Source: Octopus bimaculoides
Lineage: Eukaryota
Length of the DNA stretch: 46,087 nucleotides
NCBI RefSeq assembly: GCF_001194135.2
Contig: NC_068981.1
Coordinates: 92,697,857-92,743,943, forward strand
Reading direction: 5' to 3'
In this document: piece by piece, positions 1-12,794 of the stretch
How the letters are laid out: each line of letters starts with the position of its first letter
Position numbering within the stretch: the first letter of the stretch is position 1
Position numbers and translations under genes: made by a program
The notes under the pieces: generated by a model
What the model saw: only the letters and a program-made list of their open reading frames with translations
What the model was told of the DNA's origin: nothing
Databases searched by the model: none

Positions 1-1017
1 ATATATATAGGCAGTGCCTGCCTTGAATAAAATAGATCGATAGCAACATTTACCTTTTATGGCAAAATATGTAGCTAATTCAATAGAATTATGAAGGTTA
101 CTCTGATTACTATGCATAAAATGCAAAATATTTTATTGTTTTGTAGATTAGGTAGGCATAATTAGGCCCTGCTCTTCAATCTCAGTATTTAAGCTACGCT
201 TGGCAGTGCTGTAGGACACGTGCTGCGTACATTCCTAGAATACTGTTTCTTTTTTTATGTGCTATTAAGGCAGAAGTAAATCTGCCTTCAACTTAATCGA
301 GTGCCTGTGTTACGCTTATTTATATTGTTACAAAGGTCACCAACTGGGTACTCTGAGTAATTACTGACGGCACATGTGTCATAAATTCAACTGGAAATTC
401 AAAGCTGGAAGGAAAATCAGACCAATTATTGTATCAACGATATGGATAATTTCCTTTAAATCCCCTTTTGTCATGCTTTCTTTTTGTTGTCTTCTTTGAA
501 TTAGGAAAGAAATCTTGAAATTTCACAATACCGTAAATATATTCATTTTTTGTTGCATTCTTTATAAAATCTGTCAGTTATTATCACATTTATCAGTAAT
601 AGAATTAGTGTTCTCTCATTACTTCAACACTTCTAAAGTCCATACTTGGTCGAATTGATACATCAATTCAGAAAATCATTGACGTCATTCTCTATATATC
701 TAACAATGTTGTTCTTTTACTTTCAAATTGGGTTGTTTTTTTTTCAAAATTTATCTAAATTAAATACTATATAAAAGCAATTATAAATTGTCTGGTGTCA
801 GCAGAGTCTATAACAAATCACTTTTAGAATAATTTATTTCAAATATTCTATTCTATTCTAATCTACATGACGACCGCATGAAAAATCTGTTCGTTCAGAA
901 AATATGTATTTTAAAATAATTACCTTGAATTAGGAAAACTCAATTTAATAATAGCTCTGTATTATTGGAGGCATTTATTTAATAGAGTTTCTTGTTGAAC
1001 TTTTCTGAATATTTCCC

Positions 1018-1270
1018 TATTACCCAGCGCGCGTAAGCGAAAGCAGGGTATTGCAACCACTCGTCTTTGTTTGGTTGTGTCTTTGCAACATTACTGGAAA
1101 ACGGTTGAACAGATTTTCACATTTGGCAGAAATACTCATTGAGTCAGAGGCTCGAAATGTTGAACATTAGGTTTAATTATCTTTAAAAGAAAAAAGGTTT
1201 TTTTTTTTAATCGAACTTATAAATTTCCCAATAGCCAAATGGTCATATTATTTTGCTCACATTTTTTTTT
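1018..1270 (+). mobile_element. Probable non-autonomous Helentron/DINE-1(HINE)-like element
   Basis: Starts TATTACCC with a subterminal hairpin TACCC...GGGTA (1021-1050), followed by a GTCT/GTTT-like short repeat and GGAAAACGGTTGAACAGATTTTCAC. This layout matches DINE-1/HINE elements. The right end is approximate. Confidence 0.4.
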
Positions 1271-1377
1271 CATATGAATCGACCCTCATCTACGTGCGTA
1301 TAGATAATGTTCTACCCATGCGCGTAGACACGTGTGGGTACGTACATATATAAATACATACATAGATATGCGACTAT

Positions 1378-1478
1378 GCGTGTGTATGTGTGTGTGTTTG
1401 TTTGTGTCTTTGTGTGTGTGTGTATGTGTGTGTGTGTGTGTATGTGTGTGTGTGTGTATGTGTGTGTGTGTGTATGTG
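1378..1478. repeat. (TG)n microsatellite
   Basis: Direct reading. Confidence 0.95.
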
Positions 1479-2652
1479 TACACTAATGGGTTCGAAGGTG
1501 TCGTTTATACACGAGTTGATTTCTTAATTTCACCGGAGAATAAATACCTATAATTGCGATAATTACAAAAAATAATTAGTTTAGTTCAATTAGAAAGCAT
1601 GGCTAAGCAACGCACTGTAAGCCACACTATAATTTGCGAAAAAAATTATCTACGATGACTTTTATTTTGATTAGTTTTGTTTCTCCTATAAGAACGAAAA
1701 ATATAAACAGGATCCTGTGCATTTTGAATACATGTCAGCCATGATATTTGCTTATAAAACTATTAGACTTTGCATAATTTGATAAGTGTATCCAGACAGA
1801 TGGAAATAGCATTATTAGCTTAGTATCTGCACGTGTGTAGCAAAGTGGAAAATTACTGCAGCTCCAGAATATATGAATTCGTGTATTGTAGAATGTTCAC
1901 GATTGAAAAAAAAGTGTATACAGGAACTCAATTAAAATGAAACTTTCCCACGGGACAGTGTCGTATAATTTGTAACAGCATAATTTTCAGATGATGAAGT
2001 ATACTAAAATCTGCAAAAATGCGTGTATTCTCAAGACACATAGATACATTAGATATATATTTCCCTATTTTACAATATTTGAATGAGTCGTTATTGCTCT
2101 CCTTATATATGTGTATGCGTGTGTGAGTGTGTGCGTGCCTGCGTATGTGCCTGTGTGAGCACGTGTGCATATGTGTATGTGGGTGTTTGGGGGGGGTGTA
2201 GATATATATAATTTCGGATTTGGATTTCAGTACTGTGGCGAAATGATTGAATCTAGCACAGCTGAAAGATCGCATGTACATTCCACCATCCTTAATTTCT
2301 GATCCAATATTTTCGGCAAATACAAGCATATGGACAATTTTCTTTTTCGAATTAGAAGACACCACGGTCTCCAAATTGAGCACCTGTATTGCAGAGCTGT
2401 CCGTTAAATTAGACGGCTTTAAATTATACAGCGCAGAGGGGATAAAAAGAAAATCTTTAAACAGCCAAATCGAAGGATATCAAGTAAAGACCCTGAAGAA
2501 ACTGCACAAGTTATATAGAAGGGTTACAAATGCAACGGTTAGTAATCGTTGCAATTGAAACGTGTTGGTGGACGTAAGGCGTAAGGCGTATATAAATTTA
2601 AGAACTAAAGGTAATGCTATGCAACTTCGTACTAATCCGTGTTATATATATA

Positions 2653-2983
2653 GTGAAAGTGTGTCGCTTCGTGGTTTTAGTGGTTAGGGCAATCGGCTCA
2701 CAAGCGTAAGGTCGAGAGTTCAATTCTCGGCAACGCATTGTTCCTTGAGTAAAATACTTTATTTCACATTGCTCGAGTTCACTCAGCTGGCAAACATGAG
2801 TAGTAGCTGTATTTCAAAGGGCCAGCTCTGTCACACTCAGGGTCACGCTAGTAGCTCTGAGAAATACGTTAGGGTTACACGTGTTTGTGGAGTGCTCAGC
2901 CACTTTCACGTTAATTTCACGAGCAAGCTGTTCCGTTGATCGTATCAGCTGAGACCTTCGTCGTCGCATCCGACGGAGTGCTC
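2653..2983 (+). mobile_element. tRNA-derived SINE (head A + CORE-like middle + tail 1)
   Basis: A-box-like TAGTGGTTAGG and B-box-like GAGTTCAATTC, then CCTTGAGTAAAATACTTTATTTCACATTGCTC. The 3' 175 bp align with 9628-9791. Followed by (TA)/(CA)n. Confidence 0.8.
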
Positions 2984-2984
2984 A

Positions 2985-2991
2985 TATATAT

Positions 2992-3025
<34 letters not shown>

Positions 3026-3080
3026 GGACGCACACACACACGTCCCCCACCACACACACAAACACATACTCACACACTTA
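2985..3080. repeat. (CA)n microsatellite at the SINE tail
   Basis: Direct reading. Confidence 0.9.
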
Positions 3081-3534
3081 CATACACATGAACATAAACA
3101 CGTAAATATGATTTGATTTATAATTCATATATTTGTTCTGCATATTAATTTACAAATTTTCAAGTTTTGCGTTTTACCAATGCTACCGTTAAAATTGAAT
3201 ACGGGAGCCAAAGTAGGAAAGCTTTATTTGTTTCGCTTGCCTAATTAGGAGTAAAATTGCACTCAAACTCTACTCCATTGTCACATCCCAAGCCTAAATA
3301 AATGCAATAGCATAGCTGGAATACATCTGAGTTGCGATAAATCTAAATCATTGGCGGCTATATTATATGGATTTCAAGGCATGTTGTCCTTTTTTTTATA
3401 ATATTTCCATAATACGTTTCTTAATAGCATACTCCATTTCCGTACATGTTTCTCTTTCTGTGTATGTATGAAACTCACTTCAGAAATAATGTATTCAAAT
3501 AGGTTGTAACAATCGTTTATCTGTCTATTTTTTT

Positions 3535-3958
3535 ACGTGTTTCAGTCTTTAGACTGCGGCCATGCTGGGGCACCACCTTGAGTTTTTAGTCGAAAAGACC
3601 GAACCCAGTGATTATACATTTCTTAAGCCTAGTACTTATTATATCGGTCACTTTTGCAGAGCAGCTAGGTTACGGGTACGAACACACCGACAGCGGTTGT
3701 CAAGTAGTGGTGGGGGCCGGGGAACAAACTCAGACATAAAGACACACACGCAGATATATTTATATATATATATATCTATATATATATATATATGCGAGTG
3801 GCTTCTTTCGGTTTCCATCTACCAAATCCACACTCAAGACTGTGGTCGGGCCGAGGCTATAGTAGAATCACTTGCCTAAGGTGCTACACAGTGGAATTGA
3901 ACCCGGAGCCATTTGCTTAGGATGCAAGGTTCTTACCACACAGCCACGCCTGCGTCTA
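3535..3958 (-). mobile_element. Full-length tRNA-derived SINE with internal (TA)/(TG) microsatellite
   Basis: The minus strand reads GGCGTGGCTGTGTGGTAAG (A box)...GGGTTCAATTCC (B box)...GCACCTTAGGCAAGTG (CORE-like), then (TA)n, then a 3' body homologous to 35815-36050 and 45465-45810. Confidence 0.85.
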
Positions 3959-4441
3959 AACATTTATTGCACATGTATGTACGTGTATAAGCGCGTATGT
4001 ACGTGTATACACGTGTATGTACGTGTGTGTGTGTGATGGGAGAGTGTGTGTACGTGCGATATCAGCATTTTCGTTTAAAATATTTCGTGGAAGAGAGTTG
4101 CTTTCACATGTAGCAGATACGCATAAAGAAATGTAACAAGCAATCACAGTATACGCCAGGCTTTTCATTCAAATCATTGAATGTTATAATTTACTAATAC
4201 GATGATTATAAAGGTAGCGTGCCGGCGTGCCAGGTAGTTATCATATTAAAATTTCTCAATTATCACGAAATAATGAAATTAAAAAAATAAAATGTGATAC
4301 GATTAATAAGATTAAGCAGATAACAGTTACAGTTTTAATTAAACCACGAGGATTCATGATTAGAGTGTTAACGCACAAAATTTTATTATCAATATCACAA
4401 TAATTACATATGTTTACATGTTGATAGACATCTCTTCCTAA

Positions 4442-4444
<3 letters not shown>

Positions 4445-4474
<30 letters not shown>

Positions 4475-4596
4475 GCGTGTGAGAGGACGTGTGTATTTAT
4501 GTACGTATTAGTGTACATGTGTGTTATCTATAGTAGTATGTATGCATGTATGTATATTATATATATACATAAATACATACATATAGTGTATACATA

Positions 4597-4691
<95 letters not shown>

Positions 4692-4830
4692 GTGTGTGTG
4701 TGTGAGTGTGTGTGTGTGTATGTGTATATGTATATATGCATACATACATATATACACATACATCCACACAGGCGCACACGTACATACACACACAAACATA
4801 CACGCACACACACACACACATAAATATAAA
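4445..4830. repeat. Compound (TA)n/(TG)n/(CA)n microsatellite
   Basis: Direct reading; explains the cluster of spurious ORFs here. Confidence 0.95.
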
Positions 4831-5247
4831 TAAATATACAAATATATGAATCTTGATTATAATTTTAAAATTTTCAATGCTGCATGAAAAAATGAACTTA
4901 GGTTATTTCCAATTTTGCAAGAATGTTTTTTTTTTAAGTATTATAAACGTCAAGATGTAGATTATAAAATGGTTGCGTATAAAAAATCATTACAGTGACT
5001 TAAAACACTTTTAAAAATTAACAATTTTCCCTATTTCTACTGTCTCCTCAAAAACTGTTCCAGTGACACGAATTTCATAATAGAAATATATTGACAAAAT
5101 TGAATACTATGTTCTAGTTCATATGAAACGAAAATATAAATGAATAATGACAGATACGGAACGTTTACGTTTGCCTCTTATATATCTGAATGAATCTATT
5201 AGTGCTCATGGTACTCCTAAAATATTTGCTTAGGCTTCTTCATTTTA

Positions 5248-5278
<31 letters not shown>

Positions 5279-7849
5279 TTTATATATGTATACATATATA
5301 TCTACTTACTCGTGTGGTATATTTTCNNNNNNNNNNNNNNNNNNNNNNNNNNNNNNNNNNNNNNNNNNNNNNNNNNNNNNNNNNNNNNNNNNNNNNNNNN
5401 NNNNNNNNNNNNNNNNNNNNNNNNNNNNNNNNNTATATATATATATATTTCAGCACTCGTATGTAAGTACGTCGTATTCGGTGTCCCATCGTGTCCCAAG
5501 GTTGCCGCTGAACATTCTTTAATCATGTTAAGCATTAAAAAAATTATGTAATTTGATTCCTAATAACATTATTTCTGAGTTTGTTTGGTTGCATTATATT
5601 CCGTGTGCAAATATCATCCGGTTTGACTTTCTATTTTTATCACACTTAGATCAATAACACACTTACCTGCCATGCAGTGGTATGCAATTCAATACAGTTC
5701 ACTTCCTGAAAATACTGGTCTTGTACAAATGACGTACAATATCTGAGTTCACATGTACCTTTGTTCACAAAAGCTTATTCAAATGTTTTTCGCAATCGCT
5801 ATTGTTCGTTTGTAGCGCTACTGTTTGCGGGAAAACCTATTACATTTATGCAGTTTTGAGAAATATTGTGTAAAATATATAGCTCACATTCCGAATAGAT
5901 ATTTTTTAATGTCATAAATCAAAATAAATTTGTCACGCGGCTTACATTAATATTATTCGTTAAGACTTCTCTGCAAAAGCAAACACTTCAATAGGGAATG
6001 TATCGATCGTAAATATTATTATATTTGACTGTAGAATTGGGAACGTTGATTTGGCTACTGAGATGTCATAGGAGAAAAGAGTTGTATTATATCATTTTTA
6101 TGAATTATATTCAGATCACAACCCACTTTTTAAAAAAAATCAAATGCGTAATCGTAAAACGGTAGCAAATCTATGCAATCTTCTTCAATATGACTGATGC
6201 ACTCTAAGCCACAGCTGTTTAGTATTTTCCAAAATTATTAGCATTGTAAGAGGTTAGATTCGTCGCGCTTTCTACTGTGATCAAAGTTAGAAATTTGCCG
6301 TTTAATAGACGATATGGAATATTATAAGATTTCGACTATGACAAGAGATAAAAGATATCTATTATTAATTTTGCCTTTAGGATGAGAGAAAATCGAGAAA
6401 AGGCGAGAAAGAAATAGATATAAGAGGTGGAAATTCGAAGAGCGAAAAAGAATATAGAAAGTAGGAAAAGGTGGGGCTTGAAAATTATTTTCCTTTAGAC
6501 CATGAAATTTAAGACTGAAAAGATAATGGCTTAGAGACTGTGGCACAGTTATTCAATCTGAACAGGGTTGCACTTTGCAGGTCTTCAACAGGGACTTAAC
6601 AATATGCTTAGCAATTTGGTAATAGCGACTAATAAAATAATTAGCAAAGTTAAACAATAAATGCTGGGCTCCATTTGTTTCACTGAACGCTTTTTGACGA
6701 TGCCTCAGCATGACCGAATTACAATAATAGAAGCAAGTAAAAATTAAAAGTAAAGATATTTTACCAAGATATAGCATGGATAAGGAAATATTTTACAATG
6801 CTATTTGGACTACTATCGCACGTTGGGTGTTGAATATATAAACATTTTGGGGCCATTTTGCTCCGGGTATAAAAATTATATTCAAAGCAAAATCTATCGG
6901 AAAACTCAATGAAAGCTAGAATGTATATATGAAATCCGACATTGCTCTGGTCTGATGTATTGAATGCTTGGTGTCATAATTGAAACAAATTTATATCCTG
7001 TCACGCAGTGATATTGATTTATCTATAATTGCGGATCGCTTATTGATTTATGTTATCGAAACTAAGATAAAATTTCACTCCATTAAATATTTCATTGCTA
7101 TAAAATTGCTTCTATTTGGAACATATAATGGGGCTATTTCTATATTCCTGGTCGGATAAGTTCTCGTTTATATGTGGAAATAAACAAATATATCTTAATT
7201 ATATAAGTTTTTATATAATTTTTTAAACGTGGTATATATGTTTTCATATATCAGTACAGAAGTTTATATGAGAAACTTTATTCAATAAATATATACTTTT
7301 GCATGCAAAATACGTGTTTTCATTAATTAAATGAAATATTAATGCAACTGCCTCATTACTTTAAGAAAATAAATTAAACAGGTCCATGTATGCCAGTTTT
7401 TGTTGTTTTCTGTAGTTGATAATCAGAATGTCTAATATTGCTTAACGTTGAATTGCTCACATTTGATTCCCTCATGAAAGAAGACATTGAACTCCGTTTA
7501 TTTTCCATTTGCAAGCCAATTTATATATTAATACAAGTACGTTCCTACATACCTTGTAGTTGGCGCTTCAGGAATAATCTCAAATAGTAAAACGTAAGAA
7601 AACAGTAGTGGTTGTGGCAGATACAGAGGTGATGATGTTAGCATACAGATGAAGAGGAGAAAAAGTAATAAAAAATGCGGTGAGAGAGATAGAAAGTTAA
7701 ATAAAATAAGAAATGATAACAGTAGGTTCTGGTTGTAGTGTGGGTGTTAGTGTTTATACTAAAACGTTAAGGTCTAGGAGTAAAAATATTTAGTGATCAA
7801 GCTAGATCGAAGTAGTACTGTGAAAGAAAATGAGAATCATAGAGAGGCA

Positions 7850-8271
7850 GGAGGACGGGCAAACAGACAGACAGACAGGCAAACAGGCAAACAAGTAGGT
7901 AAACAAACAGATAGGCAGGTAGGTAGAAAACTGGCAGACAGACAGGCAGGCAGATGCAAGCAGACAGAAAGACACAGGTAGGCCGACAGTCCGGCAGACA
8001 AACGGACAGGCAGACAGACAAGCAGGCAGACAGGCAAGCAGGCAGACAGACAGACAAGCAGGCAGGCAGACAGACAAGCAGGCAGACAGACACGCAGGAA
8101 GACAAACAAGCAGGCACACAGACAAGCAGGCAGACAGGTAGGCACACAGACAAACAGATAGGCAGACAGACAGGTAGGCAGACAGAAAGACAGACAGGCA
8201 AACAGACAGGCAGACAAGCAGGCAGACACGCAGACAGACAGACAGGCAGATAGACAGACAGACAGGTAGAT
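7850..8271. repeat. Degenerate (CAGA/CAGG)n tetranucleotide array
   Basis: Direct reading. Confidence 0.95.
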
Positions 8272-9215
8272 ACATTTCTTTTATTAGCCACACAGGGCTC
8301 AACGAAGATGGGACAAATACAATGTAGAGCTTTTCTTTTTGGGAGGGGGAAGGAAGGAAAAAAAAAAAAAAATTGGTGGTGTCGATCAAAAGGGATCGTA
8401 GGAAGGGAAAAAGGGGCAGTTCGATCAAAAGGGATCGAAAAAAAAGAAAAGGAAAGGCCGATCAATAGGGATCGTGTATCACACAGTAATGTTCTCGTGT
8501 AAAAAGAGGGGAGGACAGTTTAGGTTTAGCCGTGGAAGGAAAAGCCCACGGAAAAGACCACGGTAACCTTGGTCAATATTCTCATTGAAGAAACTATNNN
8601 NNNNNNNNNNNNNNNNNNNNNNNNNNNNNNNNNNNNNNNNNNNNNNNNNNNNNNNNNNNNNNNNNNNNNNNNNNNNNNNNNNNNNNNNNNNNNNNNNNNN
8701 NNNNNNNNNNNNNNNNNNNNNNNNNNNNNNNNNNNNNNNNNNNNNNNNNNNNNNNNNNNNNNNNNNNNNNNNNNNNNNNNNNNNNNNNNNNNNNNNNNNN
8801 NNNNCTTTTGCCTTTTTGTTTTATTTTTTTTTCTTGTTTATAGGGTTATGCTCAAGATGGCTCCGTCGTTCACACGTGCCATCCTTGCTACATTCACCCA
8901 TCTTTTTTTGAAGCATTCACTAGACAAGACTTCCCTTTCTACTCTCAACTTCCTCTTCAGGTGATACTTGAAGAAGTTGATGAGAGATTGCCCAGAGAGG
9001 AAAGTCTTTGTCTCTAGACCTTTCAGACGCGTCCACCATACACATTCTTTCGCCATAGCCACAAGTACGATGAAAATAGCTCTTCCTTCCCGTTTAAAGG
9101 AAGGAGGCAGATAGACAGAGAGTAAGATAGAAAAATCTTGGTAAGAGAATGATTTTCAGTGAATATACGAGAGAAAAAGCAGAAGGTCGAAATGGTGTGT
9201 GACATCAAAGCGCTT
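8272..9215 (-). mobile_element. 5'-truncated Tx1/L1-type LINE 3' end (interrupted by an N gap)
   Basis: The minus-strand peptide AMAKECVWWTRLKGL...LINFFKYHLKRKLRVEREVLSSECFKKRW resembles the Tx1/L1 ORF2 C-terminus. The 3' UTR ends in AATAAAAGAAATGTA (AATAAA at 8280-8285) directly before (TCTG)n. Confidence 0.65.
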
Positions 9216-9426
9216 TTCTCTCTCTGTGTCCTCTCTCATTTTCCATCTCTCTCTTGTCTTTGAAATTGAGTAAAGTATTTAGTAAATGGAATAGGGGTAG
9301 TTGAAAGTTCGCCTCGCGAAACTTGATGTCAACGTTCCTTTGTCTAAATGTTAAATAAATAAATAACAATGATTTCTTGTATAAGTTTGTGACTGCGATT
9401 ATATATCGATATATTTACGATATTGT

Positions 9427-9802
9427 GGAGGCGCAATGGCCCAGTGGTTAGGGCAGCGGACTCGCGGTCATAGGATCGCGGTTTCGATTCCCAGACCGGG
9501 CGTTGTGAGTGGTTATTGAGCGAAAACACCTAAAGCTCCACGAGGCTCCGTCAGGGGATGGTGGCGAACCCTGCTGTACTCTTCCACCACAACTTTCTCT
9601 CACTCTTTCTTTCTGTTTCTGTTGTACCTGTATTTCAAAGGGCCAGCCATGTCACACTGTGTCACGCTAAATATCCCCGAGAACTACGTTAAGGGTACAC
9701 ATGTGTGTGGATTGCTCAGCCACTTGCACGTTAATTTCACGAGCAGGCTGTTCCGTTGATGGAACCCTTGATGTCGTAAGCGACGGAGTGCCAACAACAA
9801 TA
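9427..9802 (+). mobile_element. tRNA-derived SINE (head B + tail 1) with a 14-bp target-site duplication
   Basis: A box TGGCCCAGTGGTTAGG, B box GGTTTCGATTCCC and (CAA)n tail. TSD ATTTACGATATTGT at 9413-9426 and 9803-9816. Confidence 0.88.
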
Positions 9803-10422
9803 ATTTACGATATTGTACCATAGAATAAACCGAAAAGATTTCAATAAACTTCCACCCATATTACAATTTAGAACATAACTGTAAAATTTTTACATGTAGT
9901 GATAGTAGTTATAGTAAAGTTTTGCATTTTTACTATGACTCAGATCCTTTTTATGTTGTACATGATGGAAAAATATTCATACCTGAACGCCAGAATATGC
10001 ACGCTTGTATGTGTAAAACAACTATAGATATTTGCATTTTTTTCATTTAGCAAGCTGAACGTTTGAAACTATATGGAGAGATAATGAAATTTGTAATAAC
10101 ATTGTCTGAACTAAATACAATTTGTGTTTTTTACGAATTTATTTTTGATACCTGCTTTAATGTTCCAGTTTCCAATTTGATATATCTAACTGAGTCAATG
10201 ATGATGCTATCTAATATTTATCAATCAAGATCTTAATAAAGAATGTATTTGGAGTAAATATCCCTATGATAGCATACAACTTAGGCTAAAATGCAAGATG
10301 TTTTATTTTTGTTTATCATTTATCCAAGAGAAGCTTTAAAAAGAAACTGTCTAATATGCAACATATATCTTTTCTAGAAAGTTATATTTATTTACAAATA
10401 TATTTAGAAGTAAGTGAGTACT

Positions 10423-10424
<2 letters not shown>

Positions 10425-10470
<46 letters not shown>
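10425..10470. repeat. (TA)n microsatellite
   Basis: Direct reading. Confidence 0.95.
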
Positions 10471-11789
10471 GAAACGTGTAGCATGTACCACCCTACCTAT
10501 CATTCCATCTCATTCTCAGTATATATACGCATGTATGTGTGCAACTATGTATGTATATGTATATGTTATGTATTTATGTATGCATATAATGTTTGTGTGC
10601 TTATTTGTGATATGTAAGTTAAGCGAGATTAAGAAGATGTAATTAAACGATCCTACAGGCGACTACAATTGTGAATGGGTTGATACTAAATGGATTGAAA
10701 ATATAATTTAAAAGGATGAAATTATATAGATATACTGATTTCAATGCAGAAGAATGTTAATGTAAACGATTTAGCTTTGAATTCGGTTAATAATACATGT
10801 TTGGATTCTATTTTGTAAATTGATATCATTCCTTCTAATTCCGCTGGGAGGTAGATTTTACCATAAGGTCGTCTTCAGGTAATACGTAAATATTTATATG
10901 CTGTCCTGTTTATCTTCAGTATGATAAAAAACATATCGCGTTACCTATACACATCATATACAAAGAAGCATTGAAATGTTTTGCACAACATGTTTCAAAC
11001 TAGAAACATTCATATATAAGCATCGGTGTTGTGCTCGCCTGGCAACAGATTTGTGTTTGTCTCATTTTGGATTAGATTATGCTGTATATGATTTAGTTTG
11101 TGACTGCAATATCATATCGATATATTTTTGATATTCGATGTTGTACAATAGAATTGTAATGAATAATTTGGACAACATAATATTTGAAAATTGTTTCTGT
11201 ACTTGAAAATATGAATATATTTAGTGTAGGTAATTAATATTTCACTTTAGTATAATCTCTTGCTTATGTTATTTGTTTGATATCTGACGGCATCAAAGTC
11301 CTCACGGTGAGCATCTGTGTAAAGGGCACTTTGATATGTCTGAGTTATTTATTTTTCTTGGTTATTTTACCAGTCGCAACGTAGGCCATGATGAAGCACT
11401 GAATTCCAATGCATGCAAAATACTTACAAAATTCAATTGTATTACAAGTTGAACCGAAAGTAAAGTGAAACTGTTAGCACGTCCCTACTTTCGATTAACG
11501 CAACTCAAGACGACTAAAACTCGAATTTGTTCTCAATGAAATATCTCGTAATTGAATCGAGTGAAAATTAAAAATACTTATATTATCTTTCTTTTAAGTG
11601 TACGATTGAAGTTTGCTTGTTTTGCTTATTGTGTATGAAACAAATTAATGTTGACATCAGTATTTACGATAAAATACTACTTTTGTCACTATTGTTAACG
11701 TATTACATTCGTTATGCGTTACCAATCTAATTAAAAATTATGCATTGAATAAATCATTTCTGCAACAAATACTACTATTTTAATATTTT

Positions 11790-11836
11790 CTTGCCCTACA
11801 TGTTTCGGTCTCATACGATCTTATCAGAGAAGCTGA
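11790..11836 (-). ncRNA. Degenerate minimal hammerhead-ribozyme-like motif (Penelope pLTR relic?)
   Basis: The minus strand reads CTGATAA-GATC-gtatga-GACC-GAAAC-AT-GTA, with one core mismatch to CUGAUGA, a palindromic stem III (ACATGT) and a weak stem I. Confidence 0.35.
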
Positions 11837-12054
11837 GACTTAAGTGTACGTACCGCATGAACTTAGTATATTAGTCAATGAGATAAATGACTATTCTTCT
11901 CGCAAAATGTAGATCTTAATATTTATGATACTAATAGGAGTTTAACTATAGCTTTTAACGTGGATGACATTATTGACTAATTAACGTTAATTTAAATATG
12001 CATACTCATGCATACATAGATGTATGCATGTAGTCTATATACATATGTATGTGT

Positions 12055-12084
12055 GTCCGCGCGTGTGTGTACGTGTGTGTGTGC

Positions 12085-12118
<34 letters not shown>

Positions 12119-12143
12119 GTGTGTGTGTGTGTGTGTGTGTGAG
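12055..12143. repeat. (TG)n(GA)n(TG)n microsatellite
   Basis: Direct reading. Confidence 0.95.
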
Positions 12144-12499
12144 ATAAAGTGTCAAGCCCACAAGTAGACAACTATTCTGCATTTAGTGATCATTTTCATC
12201 GCGATTTTCGCAAGAACAATGAAATATCCATGCTGATATGGCGATCGAATGCAACCATTACACAAGCATATGCGATTGTGTTAAAGTTATTTGCCTAAAC
12301 TATTATTAAAATAGCCATTATATTTATGTTCAGTAATATGCTCAAACTTTCTAACGGACAAATTTAAAATGATTATTGTAGATATATTAGTAACATATCT
12401 ATATGTTATAAGAAAATTAGTCACGATGTAGACTAGTGTATTGGAAAAATCGTTTCAGCGACGAAAAATAAGTTCTGCTATTTAGTGCCAAATATGTAC

Positions 12500-12610
12500 A
12501 TTTTTTGCCGAATGATGTCGTGCTCGACATTGTTTTTCATCATTCCAAAATCGATAAAATAAGTACAAGTTGAGCATTGGTAATCAATCAAACGTCCTTT
12601 ATTCCTTTCA
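12500..12610 (+). mobile_element. Decayed SINE central domain (MetaSINE-like from recall)
   Basis: TCGACATTGTTTTTCATCATTCCAAAATCGATAAAATAAGTAC, similar to 12800-12870. Confidence 0.35.
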
Positions 12611-12794
12611 CAAATTTTAATGAGATTTCTTTTTTGTGTGTGTATAGAAATCCATTTAAAAATGATATTGAATATGTATTATCATGTATATAGCAAATAT
12701 CGATAATAATACGCATTGAAATTTCTACTAGTGACAGTTATCGATTGAAAGTACTATGTTTTCATTAGCCTTTACATTCATCAGCCTTTACATT

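Noticed and set aside
5454-5462. 9-nt microexon (TTTCAG|CACTCGTAT|GTAAGT)
   Set aside because: The upstream sequence is (TA)n and an N gap, with no polypyrimidine tract; chance occurrence is likely.
6322-6777. Integrase zinc-finger-like peptide (SRYYQIAKHIVKSLLKTCKVQPC)
   Set aside because: The resemblance is too weak and no DDE core is visible.
9427-9500. tRNA genes (also 2653-2730, 3880-3958, 26359-26435, 30573-30650)
   Set aside because: No complete cloverleaf or acceptor stem, and each continues into a SINE body.
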